Source: Malacoraja senta (lineage: Eukaryota). From it: 64,000 nucleotides of DNA. This document shows, piece after piece, positions 23,670-34,162 of this stretch (position 1 is its first letter; every line of letters begins with the position of its first letter). Made by a program: the position numbers and the translations under genes. The DNA is taken from contig CM075997.1 of NCBI GenBank assembly GCA_038087875.1, positions 8,558,001 through 8,622,000 of the forward strand. Reading direction: 5' to 3'. The notes beneath the pieces were generated by a model. It was not told where the DNA came from. It was given only the letters and a program-made list of their open reading frames with translations, and did not search any database.

Positions 23670-26600
23670 GGCTGAGAGAAAGGGTGGAAATCATGGAGTG
23701 CAGAAGACCCAGGTGGCTGTGCCTAATGAAAACGGGTACGCCCTCTTGGGAACTGTCCGGGGAGACAATGTTTCCAGTCCGAGCGGCGGACACGTCGGTG
23801 GCTCCAATCCAAGAGATGGGACTTGACCGGCGAGACCAACATCGGGCAGAGCACTAGTGGTGGGTGATTCCATTGTTCGCGGAGCGGATAGGAGATTCTG
23901 TTGCAGCAGGCGAGATGCGAGGATGGTCTGTTGCCTCCTAGGTGCCAGGGTTCAGGATGTCACGAGCCGAATTCAGAACATCCTCGAGAGAGAGAAGGTG
24001 AACAGCCGGCAGTAGTTGTGCACGTAGGCACAAACGACATCGGGAAGAAGAGGAAGGAGGTTCTCCAACATGACTTCAAAGAGTTGGGAAGATGACTGAA
24101 ATGCCGGACTTCTAGAGTGGTTATCTCTGGATTGCTTCCAGTACCTTGTGCTAGTGAGGACAGGAAAAGGGAGATAGGGGATCTGAATGTGTGGCTGAGG
24201 GGCTGGAGCAGGGAGCAGGGATTTAGATTTATAGACCACTGGGATCTCTTCTGGGGTAGGGGTGACCTGTACAAAAGGGACGGGTTACACCTTAACTGGA
24301 GAGGGACCGACATTCTGGCAGGCAGGTTTGCTAGGGCTACACGTGTGGGTTTAAACTAAATAGTGGGGGGGAGGGAGTGACAAATTGGGAGTATAAAGAT
24401 GGAGTTGAAGGGGAAGTGACTACAGGAAAAATTACAAAAGATTCTCGAATTAATGGGAAGGAAAGCTCGAGAATGGACAACAGAGTAAGGTCATGGCCAA
24501 TTACGAGTGGTGCGAGGGGGGAAATGAATACGGAGGTCAAAGTGCTGTATATGAATGCGCGAACTATAAGGAATAAAGTGGACGAGCTTGAGGCTCAGTT
24601 ATATACTGGCAAGTTTGATGTTGTGGGAATTACTGAGACATGGCTGCAAGAGGGCCAGGGCTGTGAACTGAATATTCAAGGGTATACCTCCTATCGAAAA
24701 GACAGACAGGTGGGGTTGCCCTGTTGGTGAGGAATGAAATTCAGTCCCTTGCAAGGGGTGACATTGAAACAGGAGATGTGGAGTCAGTATGCATAGAACT
24801 AAGGAATTGTAAGGGTAAAAAGACCCCAATGGGACTAATCTACAGGCCCCCAAACAGTAGCCTGGACATAGGGCGCAAGTTGAATCAGGAGTTAAAATTG
24901 GCATGTAGCAAAAGTAATGCTGTGGTTGTTATGTGAGATTTCAACATGCAGGTAGACTAGGAAAATCAGGTTGGTACTGGACCCCAAGAAAGGGACTTTG
25001 TAGAGTGCCTCCGTGATGGATTCTTAGAACAGCTGCTATTGAAGCCTACCAGGGAGAAGGCAATTCTGGATTTAGTGTTATGTAATGAACCGGATTTGAT
25101 AAAGGACTTCGAGGCAGTGACCATAACATGGTCAGGTTTAATCTACAAGTGGAGAGGGAGAAGGGTAGATCGGAGGTGTCAGTGTTGTAGTTGAATAAAG
25201 GGGATTATGGGGCCATGAGGGAGGAGCTGGCCAAAGTTGACTGGAAAGATACACTAGCAGGAATGACAGTGGAACCAAAATGGCAGGTGTTTCTAGGAAT
25301 AATGCAGAAGGTGCAGGATCAGTTCATTCCTAGGAGGAAGAAAGATTCCAAGGGGAGATATGGACGACCATGGCTGACAAGGGACGTCAGGGACAGTATA
25401 AAAATTAAAGCGAAGAAGCACAACGTAGCAAAGATGAGCGGGAAGCAAGAGTATTGGGTAATGTTTAAAGAACAACAGAAGATAACCAAACAGACAATAC
25501 GGGGAGAAAAGATGAGGTACGAAGGTAAGCTAGCCAAGAATATAAAGCAGGATAGTAAAAGATTCTTCAGGTATGTGAAGAGGAATAAAATAGTTAAGAC
25601 CAAAGTTGGACCCTTGAAGACCGAAAAAGATGAATTTATTATGGGGAACAAGGAAATGGCAGATGAGTTGAACAGGTACTTTGGATCTGTCTTCACTAAT
25701 GAGGACACAAACAATCTTCCTGCTATAGAAGTGGCCAGAGGATCTGGGGTGACGGAGGAACTGAAGGAAATCCACATTAGGCAAGAAATGGTGTTGGATA
25801 GACTGATGGGACTGGAGGCTGATAAATCCCCAGGGCCTGATGGTCTGCATCCCAGGGTACTTAAGGAAGTGGCTCTAGAAATCGTGGATGCATTGGTGAT
25901 AATTTTCCAATGTTCTGTAGACTCAGGATCAGTTCCTGTGGATTGGAGGGTAGCTAATGTTATCTCACATTTTAAGAAAGGCGGGAGAGAGAAAACGGGG
26001 AATTATAGACCAGTGTGCCTGACATCGGTGGTGGGGAAGATGCTGGAGTCAATTATAAAAGATGAGATAGCCGCACATTTGGATAGCAGTAACAGGATCG
26101 GTACGAGTCAGCATGGATTTCTGAAGGGGAAATCATGCTTGACTAATCTTCAGGAATTTTTTGAAGATGTAACTAGGAAAATGGACAAGGGAGAGCCAGT
26201 GGATGTACCTGGACTTTCAGAAAGCATTTTATAAGGTCCCACATATGAGATTAGTGGGCAAAATTAGGGCACATGGTATTGGGGGTAGAGTGCTGACGTG
26301 GATAGAGAAGTGGTTGCCAGACAGGAAACAAAGAGTAGGGATTAACGGGTCCCTTACAGAATGGCAGGCAGTGACTAGTGGGGTACCGCATGGCTCGGTG
26401 CTGGGACCGCAGCTATTTACAATATACATCAATGATTTGGATGCAGGGATTCAAAGAAACATTAGCAAATTTGCAGATGACACAAAGCTGGGTGGCAGTG
26501 TGAACTGTGAGGAGGATGCTATGAGAATGCAGGTTGACTTGCACAGGTTGGGGGAGTGGACAGATGCATGGCAGATTAAGTTTAATGCGGATAAATGTGA

Positions 26601-27386
26601 GGTTATCCACTTTGGTAGCGAAAACAGGAAGGCAGATTACAATCTAAAGTTGGGAAAAGGGGAAGTACAACTGGGGTTCTTGTACATCAGTCTATGAAAG
26701 TAAGCATGCAGGTACACCAGGCAGTGAAGAAAGCGAATGGCATGTTGGCCTTTAAAACAAGAGGAATCGAATATAAGAGCAAAGAGGTCCTTCTGCAGTT
26801 GTACAGAGCCCTAGTGAGACCACACCTGGGAGTATTGTGTGCAGTTTTGGTCCCCTAATTTGAGGAAGGTCATTCTTGCTATTGAGGGAGTCCAGCGTAG
26901 ATTTACAAGGTTAATTCCCAGGATGGCGGGACTGTCATATGTTGAGAGAATGGAGCAGCTGGGCTTGTACACTGTGGAGTTTAGAAGGATGAGAGGATAT
27001 TTCATTGTAACATATAAGATTGTTAAGGCTTTGGACACGCTAGTGGCAGGAAACATGTTTCCGATGCTGGGGGAGTCCAGAACCAGGGGCCACAGTTTAA
27101 GAATAAGGAGTAAGCTATTTAGAATGGAGCCGAGAAAACTCTTTTTCTCACAGAGAGTCGTGAGTCTGTGGAATTCTCTGCCACAGAGGACGGTGGAGGC
27201 AGGTTCTCTGGATGCTTTCAAGAGAGAGCTGGATAGGACTCTTAAAGTCAGGGGATATGGGGAGAAGGTAGGAACGGGGTACTGATTGGGAATGATCAGC
27301 CATGATCACATTGAATGGCGGTGCTGGCTCAAAGGGCCGAATGGCCTACTCCTGCACCTATTTGTCTTTTGTCTATTGTCTATTGA
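23670..27386 (+). mobile_element. CR1 LINE (family B), ORF1 esterase to 3' end, degenerate
   Basis: GDSIVRG, HVGTND and DGLHLN esterase motifs; APE MNARTIRNK; RT ORFs 25191-26697; (CTATTGT)n tail. Confidence 0.95.
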
Positions 27387-27409
27387 CAACCCCGTGGTTG
27401 AGGAGCGCT

Positions 27410-27522
27410 CATCCATCCATCCATCCATCCATCCATCCATCCATCCATCCATCCATCCATCCATCCATCCATCCATTCATTCATTCATTCATTCATTCAT
27501 TCATTCATTCATTCATTCATTC
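27410..27522. repeat. Compound microsatellite (TCCA)n(TTCA)n
   Basis: Directly visible. Confidence 0.97.
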
Positions 27523-27589
27523 ATGGCCCCCATTCTTCCCCGCGACCTCTCTCCATTCAATCCATTGTTGCGTCTTCGCCGTATGCAGA

Positions 27590-27790
27590 TGAGCAGGCGG
27601 GCTGGAGCTGATGGGGTGACGAGCAAGGGGAGGGGGCGGGGCCAGGGCCAGGCGGCCGGGACGTCAGCCCGCCCTGCGTCGTGACGTCAGCCGCACGCAC
27701 GGACGACCGGCGATCTGACGTCACCGCCAACCCGCATCCGGTCCACAAACACCACACGGGTAGCGTCGGTGCCCGGAGACTGGCCCTTCC
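27590..27790 (+). promoter_or_regulatory. CpG-island promoter of the zinc-finger gene, with CRE and GC boxes
   Basis: CpG-rich. Perfect TGACGTCA at 27682-27689 and 27716-27723, near-CRE GGACGTCA at about 27659, GC boxes GGGGCGGGG at about 27632 and CCCGCCC at 27668. Lies about 0.8 kb upstream of the CDS. Confidence 0.7.
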
Positions 27791-27929
27791 GCCCCTCTAG
27801 TCGCTGCTGCTGCTGCTTCCCGGAGACTGGCCCTTCCGCCCCTCTCGTCCCTGTTGCTACCCCGGGCTTTCTGCAGCACAGTCTTGCACTTGATGTTGCA
27901 TTTATTGCGTCATTGCGTCCGTCATCACC

Positions 27930-28418
27930 GTATGTAGACTGTTTGCTCTGGCACCCCCTCTCCCCCCCTTCACCTTCACCCCCTGACCTCCCACTCCCCC
28001 CCTTCACCTTCACCCCCCTGACCCCCTCGACCCCCACCCTCTGACTCTCCCCTTCACCCCCTCATCCCATACACCCCTCGACCGTCACCCTCCTCTCCCT
28101 CTGACCCCCCACTCCCCCCTTCCCCTTCACCTCCTTGACCCCCTCATCCCACGCGCCCTCGACCACTACCCAACCCCCCCTGACCCCCCGATCTCCCACT
28201 CCCCCTCTTCCCCTTCACCCCCCTGACCCCGTCATCCCACACACCCCTCGACCCCCACCCCCCTGATCCCCCATTCCATCACCCCCCTCATTCCCCCCCC
28301 TGATCCCCTCACCCCAATTCCCCCCCTTCCCCTCTACCCCTTCAAGCACCAGTAATGTTCACGTGTTAGAAATGTCCTGCTTGCCAGCTTGTTGACCTTC
28401 TGTGTTCCCCTCCTGCAG
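27930..28418 (+). other. Putative 5' intron of the ZNF gene containing a C-rich minisatellite
   Basis: Donor-like GTATGT at 27930; TTGAC branch, pyrimidine tract and CTGCAG acceptor ending at 28418; (CCCCTGACCCCC)-like repeats at 27955-28335. Confidence 0.55.
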
Positions 28419-28554
28419 GGTTTAGGAGCCGTTGCTGTGGACGGAGAGACGGGGACGTGAGCGACCATTGAGGGCGGCCAGGGTGCCGGTGAGCCCCCCC
28501 CCCCCCCCCTCATTTGCTCGGTGTGCGGGCTGACCTTCGAGGGGCTGAGCTTCG

Positions 28555-29718
28555 ATGGAGGACCACATGACGGGGCACAACAAGGAGAAGCATTATGAGT
28601 GCGACGTGTGTGGCAAGTCCTGGCAGTACCCGAGCCTGCTGGAGATCCACTGGCGGGTGCACACGGGCGAGAAGCCCTATAGCTGCTCAACCTGCGGTAA
28701 GGGCTTTTCCCAGATGTCGGGGCTGCGGGTGCACCGGCGGGTGCACAGCGGTGAGCGGCCCTTCACCTGCTCCGACTGCGGCAAAGGCTTCAAGTCGTCG
28801 CCGGACCTGTTGAAGCACAGGCGCCTGCACACCGGGGAGCGGCCCTACACTTGCAGCGACTGCGGCAAGGGCTTCACCCGCTCCAACAGCTTGGTGGAGC
28901 ACCAGCGCACCCACACGGGTGAGCGCCCCTACACCTGCACCCAGTGCGGCAAGGGCTTCTCCCGGTCCACCTATCTGCTGTCCCACCAGCAGGTGCACGC
29001 CGGCGAGCGTCCCTTTCCCAGACCCTTCAGCTGCTCCGACTGCGGCAAGGACTTCAAGAGGGCGCATGACCTGAAGGCCCACCGGCGGGTGCATACGGGC
29101 GAGAAGCCCTATGGCTGTTCCACCTGCGGCAAGAGCTTTGCCCAGTTGTGGGGGTTGCAGGTGCACCGGCAGGTGCACAGCAGTGTGCGGCCCTTCACCT
29201 GCTCCGACTGTGGCAAAGGCTTTAAGTCGTCGCCAGAGCTGAAGGTGCACAAGCACCTGCACACTGGGGAGCGGCCCTACACCTGCAGCATCTGCGGCAA
29301 GGGCTTCACCCACTCCACCAAGCTGCTGGAACACCAGCGCACCCACACCGGCGAGCGGCCCTACACCTGCGCTCAGTGCGGCAAGAGCTACACCCGCTCC
29401 ACCAGCCTGCTGTACCACCAGCGGGTGCACGCTAACGACCGTCCCTTCCCCAGCCCGGTGTGTGGAGATCGCTTTGCCATGACCTCCCAAGCCGTGTCTC
29501 ACCAGCGCGTGCACACCAGTGGCCAGCCCTACGACTGCCCGTACTGCAGTAAGGCATTTGACAGCTCGCGGGGGTTGCGGCAGCACCAGCGAGTCCACGC
29601 CAGCAAGCGGCTGCTCCCACTGCAGCAAACGTTTCAAGAGCGCATGGGGGCTGCAGGAGCACCAGCATTTCACCCGCATGACCAGCCTGTGGCAGCACCG
29701 GTGTGCCCACAGCGGTGA
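28555..29718 (+). CDS. Tandem C2H2 zinc-finger protein (11 canonical plus 1 degenerate finger), no effector domain
   Basis: Repeated C-x2-C-x12-H-x3-H with TGE(K/R)P linkers; finger 11 has S in place of the first Cys; the last about 35 aa are out-of-frame read-through. Confidence 0.9.
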   Translation: MEDHMTGHNKEKHYECDVCGKSWQYPSLLEIHWRVHTGEKPYSCSTCGKGFSQMSGLRVHRRVHSGERPFTCSDCGKGFKSSPDLLKHRRLHTGERPYTCSDCGKGFTRSNSLVEHQRTHTGERPYTCTQCGKGFSRSTYLLSHQQVHAGERPFPRPFSCSDCGKDFKRAHDLKAHRRVHTGEKPYGCSTCGKSFAQLWGLQVHRQVHSSVRPFTCSDCGKGFKSSPELKVHKHLHTGERPYTCSICGKGFTHSTKLLEHQRTHTGERPYTCAQCGKSYTRSTSLLYHQRVHANDRPFPSPVCGDRFAMTSQAVSHQRVHTSGQPYDCPYCSKAFDSSRGLRQHQRVHASKRLLPLQQTFQERMGAAGAPAFHPHDQPVAAPVCPQR

Positions 29719-29885
29719 GCGTCCCTTCCCCTGCCCGTCCTGTGGTAAGGGCTTCACCCGCCTTGACCACCTGCTGGAGCATCGGCGAGTCCACACTGGC
29801 CAGTGCCCCTTCACCTGCCCGCTCTGTGGCAAGACCTTTGCCAGCTCCTCCAGCCTGCTGGCACACCGCCACGTGGATAGGCGCG
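29608..29885 (+). pseudogene. Frameshifted C-terminal zinc fingers of the same gene
   Basis: The alternative frame reads CSHCSKRFKSAWGLQEH, ..FTRMTSLWQHRCAHSGERP, FPCPSCGKGFTRLDHLLEHRRVH and FTCPLCGKTFASSSSLLAHRH. Confidence 0.85.
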
Positions 29886-29892
29886 GTTTAGG

Positions 29893-30020
29893 TGGACACA
29901 AAATGCTGGAAGGAATGGGTAACGTTTCGGATCGAGACCATTTTCAGTCTCGACCCAAAACTTCACCCATTCCTTGTCTCCAGAGATGCTGCCTGACCCG
30001 CCACGTTACTCCAGCATTTC
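29893..30020. mobile_element. Penelope-like terminal repeat fragments, inverted pair
   Basis: GGAATGGGTAACGTTTCGGATCGAGAC (minus copy) abuts GTCTCGACCCAAAACTTCACCCATTCC..GATGCTGCCTGACCCG (plus copy). Confidence 0.72.
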
Positions 30021-30024
30021 GTGA

Positions 30025-30315
30025 TAGAGTCACAGAGTGATACAATGTGGAAACAGGCCCTTCGACCCAACTTGCCCACATCGACCAACATGTTCCAGCT
30101 ACACTAATCCCACCTGCCGCGTTTGGTCCATATCTCTCCAAACCTGTCCTATCCATGTACCTGTTTAACTGTTTCTTAAATGTTGGGATAGTCCCAGCCT
30201 TAACTACCTCCTCCGGAAGCTTGTTCCATACACCCATCACCCTCTGTGTGAAAATGTTAACCCTCAGATTCCTATTAAATCTTTTCCCCTTCACCTTGAA
30301 CTCATGTCCTCTGGT
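30025..30315 (-). mobile_element. CR1 (HER1-like) 3' fragment
   Basis: Minus ORF FTQRVMGVWNKLPEEVV..FKKQLNRYM and the GAAGGGCCTGTTTCC 3' motif. Confidence 0.85.
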
Positions 30316-31305
30316 CCATAGACAATAGGTGCAGGAGTGGCATGTTGCGTGAAAGCGAATGGCATGTTGGCCTTTAAAACAAGAGGAATCGAATATAGGA
30401 GCAAAGAGGTCCTTCTGCAGTTGTACGGAGCCCTAGTGAGAACACACCTGGAGTATTGTGTGCAGTTTTGGTTCCCTAATTTGAGGAAGGACATTCTTGC
30501 TATTGAGGGAGTGCAGCGTAGGTTTACAAGGTTAATTCCCGGGATGGCGGGACTGTCATATGCTGAGAGAATGGAGCAGCTGAGCTTGTACACTCTGGAG
30601 TTTAGAAGGATGAGAGGAGATCTAATTGAAACATATAAGATTGTTAAGGGTTTGGACACGCTAGAGGGAGGAAATATGTTCCCGATGTTGGGGAAGTCCA
30701 GAACCAGGGGCCACAGTTTAAGAATAAGGAGTAAGCCATTTAGAGTGGAGACGAGGCCATTCGACCCTTTGAGCCAGCACCGCCATTCGATGTGATCAAC
30801 GCTGATCATCCCCAATCAGTACGCTGTTCCTGCTTTCTCCCCGTATCTCCTGACTGCTATTTTAAGAGCCCTATCTAGCTCTCTCTTGAAAGTATCCAGA
30901 GAACCGTCCTCCACCGCCCTCTGAGTGAGAGAATTTCAAAGACACAACTCTCTGTGTGAAAAAGTGTTTCCTGTTCTAAATGGCTTACCCCTTATTCTTA
31001 AACTGTGGCTCCTGGTTCTGGACTCCCCCAACATCGGGAATATGTTTCCTGACTAGCGTGTCCAAACCCTTAATAATCTTATCTCTTTCAATATGAAACC
31101 CTCTCATCCTTCTAAACTCCAGAGTATACAAGCGCAGCCGCTCCATTCTCTCAGCATATGACAGTCCCGCCATCCCAGGAATTAACCTTGTAAACCTACG
31201 CTGCACTCCCGCAATAGCAAGAATGTCCTTCCTCAAATTAGGGGACCAAAACTGCACACAATACTCCAGGTGTGGTCTCACTAGGGCCCTATACAACTGC
31301 AGAAG

Positions 31306-32986
31306 ATAGAGGAACTGAAAAAAAATTTCATTAGGCGAGAAATAGTATTGGGTGGCTAATGGGACTGAAGGATCATAAATCACCTGGGCCTGCTGGTCTG
31401 CATCCCGGGGTCCTCAGGGAGGTGGCTATAGAAATAGTGGACGCATTGGTGATCATTTTCCAATGTTCAATAGATTCAGGATCAGTTCCTGTGGATTGGA
31501 GGATAGCTAATGTTATCCCACTTTTCAAGAAAGGAGCAAGAGAGAAAACGGGGAATTACAGACCAGTTAGACTGACTTCGGTGGTGAGAAAGATGCTAGA
31601 GTCAATTATTAAATAGGTAATGATGGGGCATTTGGATAGCAGTAAAAGGATTAGTCCAAGTTAACATGGATTTATGAAAGGGAAATCATGCTTGACTAAT
31701 CTTCTGGAATTTTTTGAGGATGTGACAAGTAGAATGGATGAAGGGGTGCCAGTGGATGTAGTGTATCTAGACTTTCAGAAAGCCTTTGATAAGGTCCCGC
31801 ACGGGAGACTGGTGACTAAAATTAGAACACATGGTATTGGGGGTAGGGTGTTGACATGGATAGAAAATTGGTTGGCAGACCGGAAGCAAAGAGTAGGAGT
31901 GAACGGGTCCTTTTCAGAATGGCAGGCAGTGGCGAGTGGCGTGCCGCAAGGCTCGGTGTTGGGGCCGCAACTGTTTACCAGATATATTAATGATTTAGAA
32001 GAGGGAATTAGGAGCAACACTAGCAAGTTTGCGGATGACACAAAGCTGGGTGGCAGTGTGAACTGTGAAGAGGATGTTAGGAGGTTACAGGGTGACCTGG
32101 ACAGGTTGAGTGAGTGGGCAGATGCGTGGCAGATGCAGTATAATATAGATAAATGTGAGGTTATCCACTTTGGCGGCAAAAACAAGGGGGCAGATTATTA
32201 TCTCAATGGGGTTAGGTTAGGTAAGGGGGAGGTACAGCGAGACCTGGGCGTTCTTGTACACCGGTCACAGAAAGTTGGCTTACAGGTACAGCAGGAAAGC
32301 TAATGGAATGTTGGCCTTCATAACAAGAGGATTTCAGTATAGGAGTAAAGAGGTTCTTCTGCAGTTGTATAGGGCTCTGGTGAGACCACATCTGGAGTAT
32401 TGTGTACAGTTTTGGTCTCCTTATTTGAGGAAGGACATCCTTGTGATTGAGGCAGTGCAGTGTAGGTTCACGAGATTGATCCCTGGGATGGCGGGACTGT
32501 CATATGAGGAAAGATTGAAAAGACTAGGCTTGTATTCACTGGAGTTTAGAAGGATGAGAGGTTATCTTATAGAAACATATAAAATTATAAAAGGACTGGA
32601 CAAGGTAGATGCAGGAAAAATGTTCCCAATGTTGGGCGAGTCCAGAACCAGGGGCCACAGTCTTAGAATAAGGGGAGGTCATTTAAGACTGAGGTGAGAA
32701 AAAACGTTTTCACCCAGAGAGTTGTGAATTTATGGAATTCCCTGCCACAGAGGGCAGTGGAGGCCAAATCACTGGATGGATTTAAGAGAGAGTTAGATAG
32801 AGCTCTAGGGGCTAGTGGAGTCAAGGGATATGGGGAGAAGGCAGGCACGGGTTATTGATAGGGGACGATCAGCCATGATCACAATAATAATAATAATAAT
32901 AGATTTTATTTATATAGCGCTTATGAATGGCGGTGCTGGCTCGAAGGGCCGAATGGCATCCTCCTGCACCTATTTTCTATGTTTCT
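31306..32986 (+). mobile_element. CR1 LINE (family A), 5'-truncated, nested
   Basis: RT ORFs 31359-32697; TTTCTATG tail; AGAAG duplicated at 31301-31305 and 32987-32991. Confidence 0.93.
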
Positions 32987-33990
32987 AGAAGGACCTCTTT
33001 GCTCCCATACTCAACTCCTGTTATGAAGGCCAACATGCCATTCGCTTTCTTGACTGCCTGCTATACCTACATGCTTACTTTCATTGACTGATGAACAGGG
33101 ACCAGCAGAACCTGTTGTACTTCCCCTTTTCCCAACTTGAAACCATTTAGATAATAATCTGCCTTCCTGTTTTTGCTGCCAAAGTGGATAACCTCACATT
33201 TATCCACATTAAACAGCATCTGCCATGCATCTGCCCACTCACCCAACCTGTCCAAGTCACCCTGCATTCTCATAGCATCCTCCTCACAGTTCACATTGCC
33301 ACCCAGCTTTGTGTCATTTGCAAATTTGCTAATGTTACTTTGAATCCCTTCATCTAAATCATTGTAAATAGCTGCGGTCCCAGCGCCGAGCCTTGCGCTA
33401 CACCACTAGTCACTGCCTACTATTCTGAAGGGGACCCGTTAATTCCTTCTCTTGGTTTCCTGTCTGCCAACAAATTTTCCATACATGTCAGCACTCTACC
33501 CGCAATACCATGTGCCCTAATTTTGCCCACTAATCTCATATGTGGGACATTATCAAATGGTTTCTGAAAGTCCAGGTACACTACATCCACTGGCTCTCCC
33601 TTGTCCATTTTCCTAGTTACATCCTCAAAAAAGTCCAGAAGATTAGTCGAGCATTATTTCCCCTTCATAAATCCATGCTGACTCGACCCGATCCTGTTAC
33701 TGCTATCCAATAGCCGCTATTTCATCTTTTATGATTGACTCCAGCATCATCCCCACCACCGATGTCTGGCTAACTGGTCTATAATTCCCTGTTTTCTCTC
33801 TCCCACCTTTCTTAAAAAGTGGGATAACATTAGCTACCCTCTAATCCACAGGAACTGATCCTGAATCTATAGAACTTTGGAAAATGATCACCAATGCATC
33901 CACGATTTCTAGAGCCACTTCCTGAAGTACCCTGTAATGCAGACCACCAGGCTCTGGGGATTTATCAGCCTTCAGTCCCATCAGTCTACC

Positions 33991-34162
33991 CGACTGGCCA
34001 AATTTTGTGCCTTCCACCACAGTGATTAATGCTGTGGTAGATGTTTGTGTTAAATTTTTAGTGTGTTTGTGTGTTCTTTATCATTGTACCACTACTGGCA
34101 AATTTATTTCACTTGCACTTTATGTGCAATGTGATGAATAAAACCGTATTGTATTGTATTGT
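33991..34162 (+). mobile_element. 3' end of a Rex1-type-tailed retroposon
   Basis: TTTCACTTGCACTTTATGTGCAATGTGATGAATAAA followed by (GTATT)n, interrupting CR1 coding sequence. Confidence 0.6.

Noticed and set aside
28687..29901. 404-aa antisense ORF over the ZNF gene
   Set aside because: Stop-free antisense frames are a common by-product of GC-rich C2H2 codon usage; no recognisable domain.
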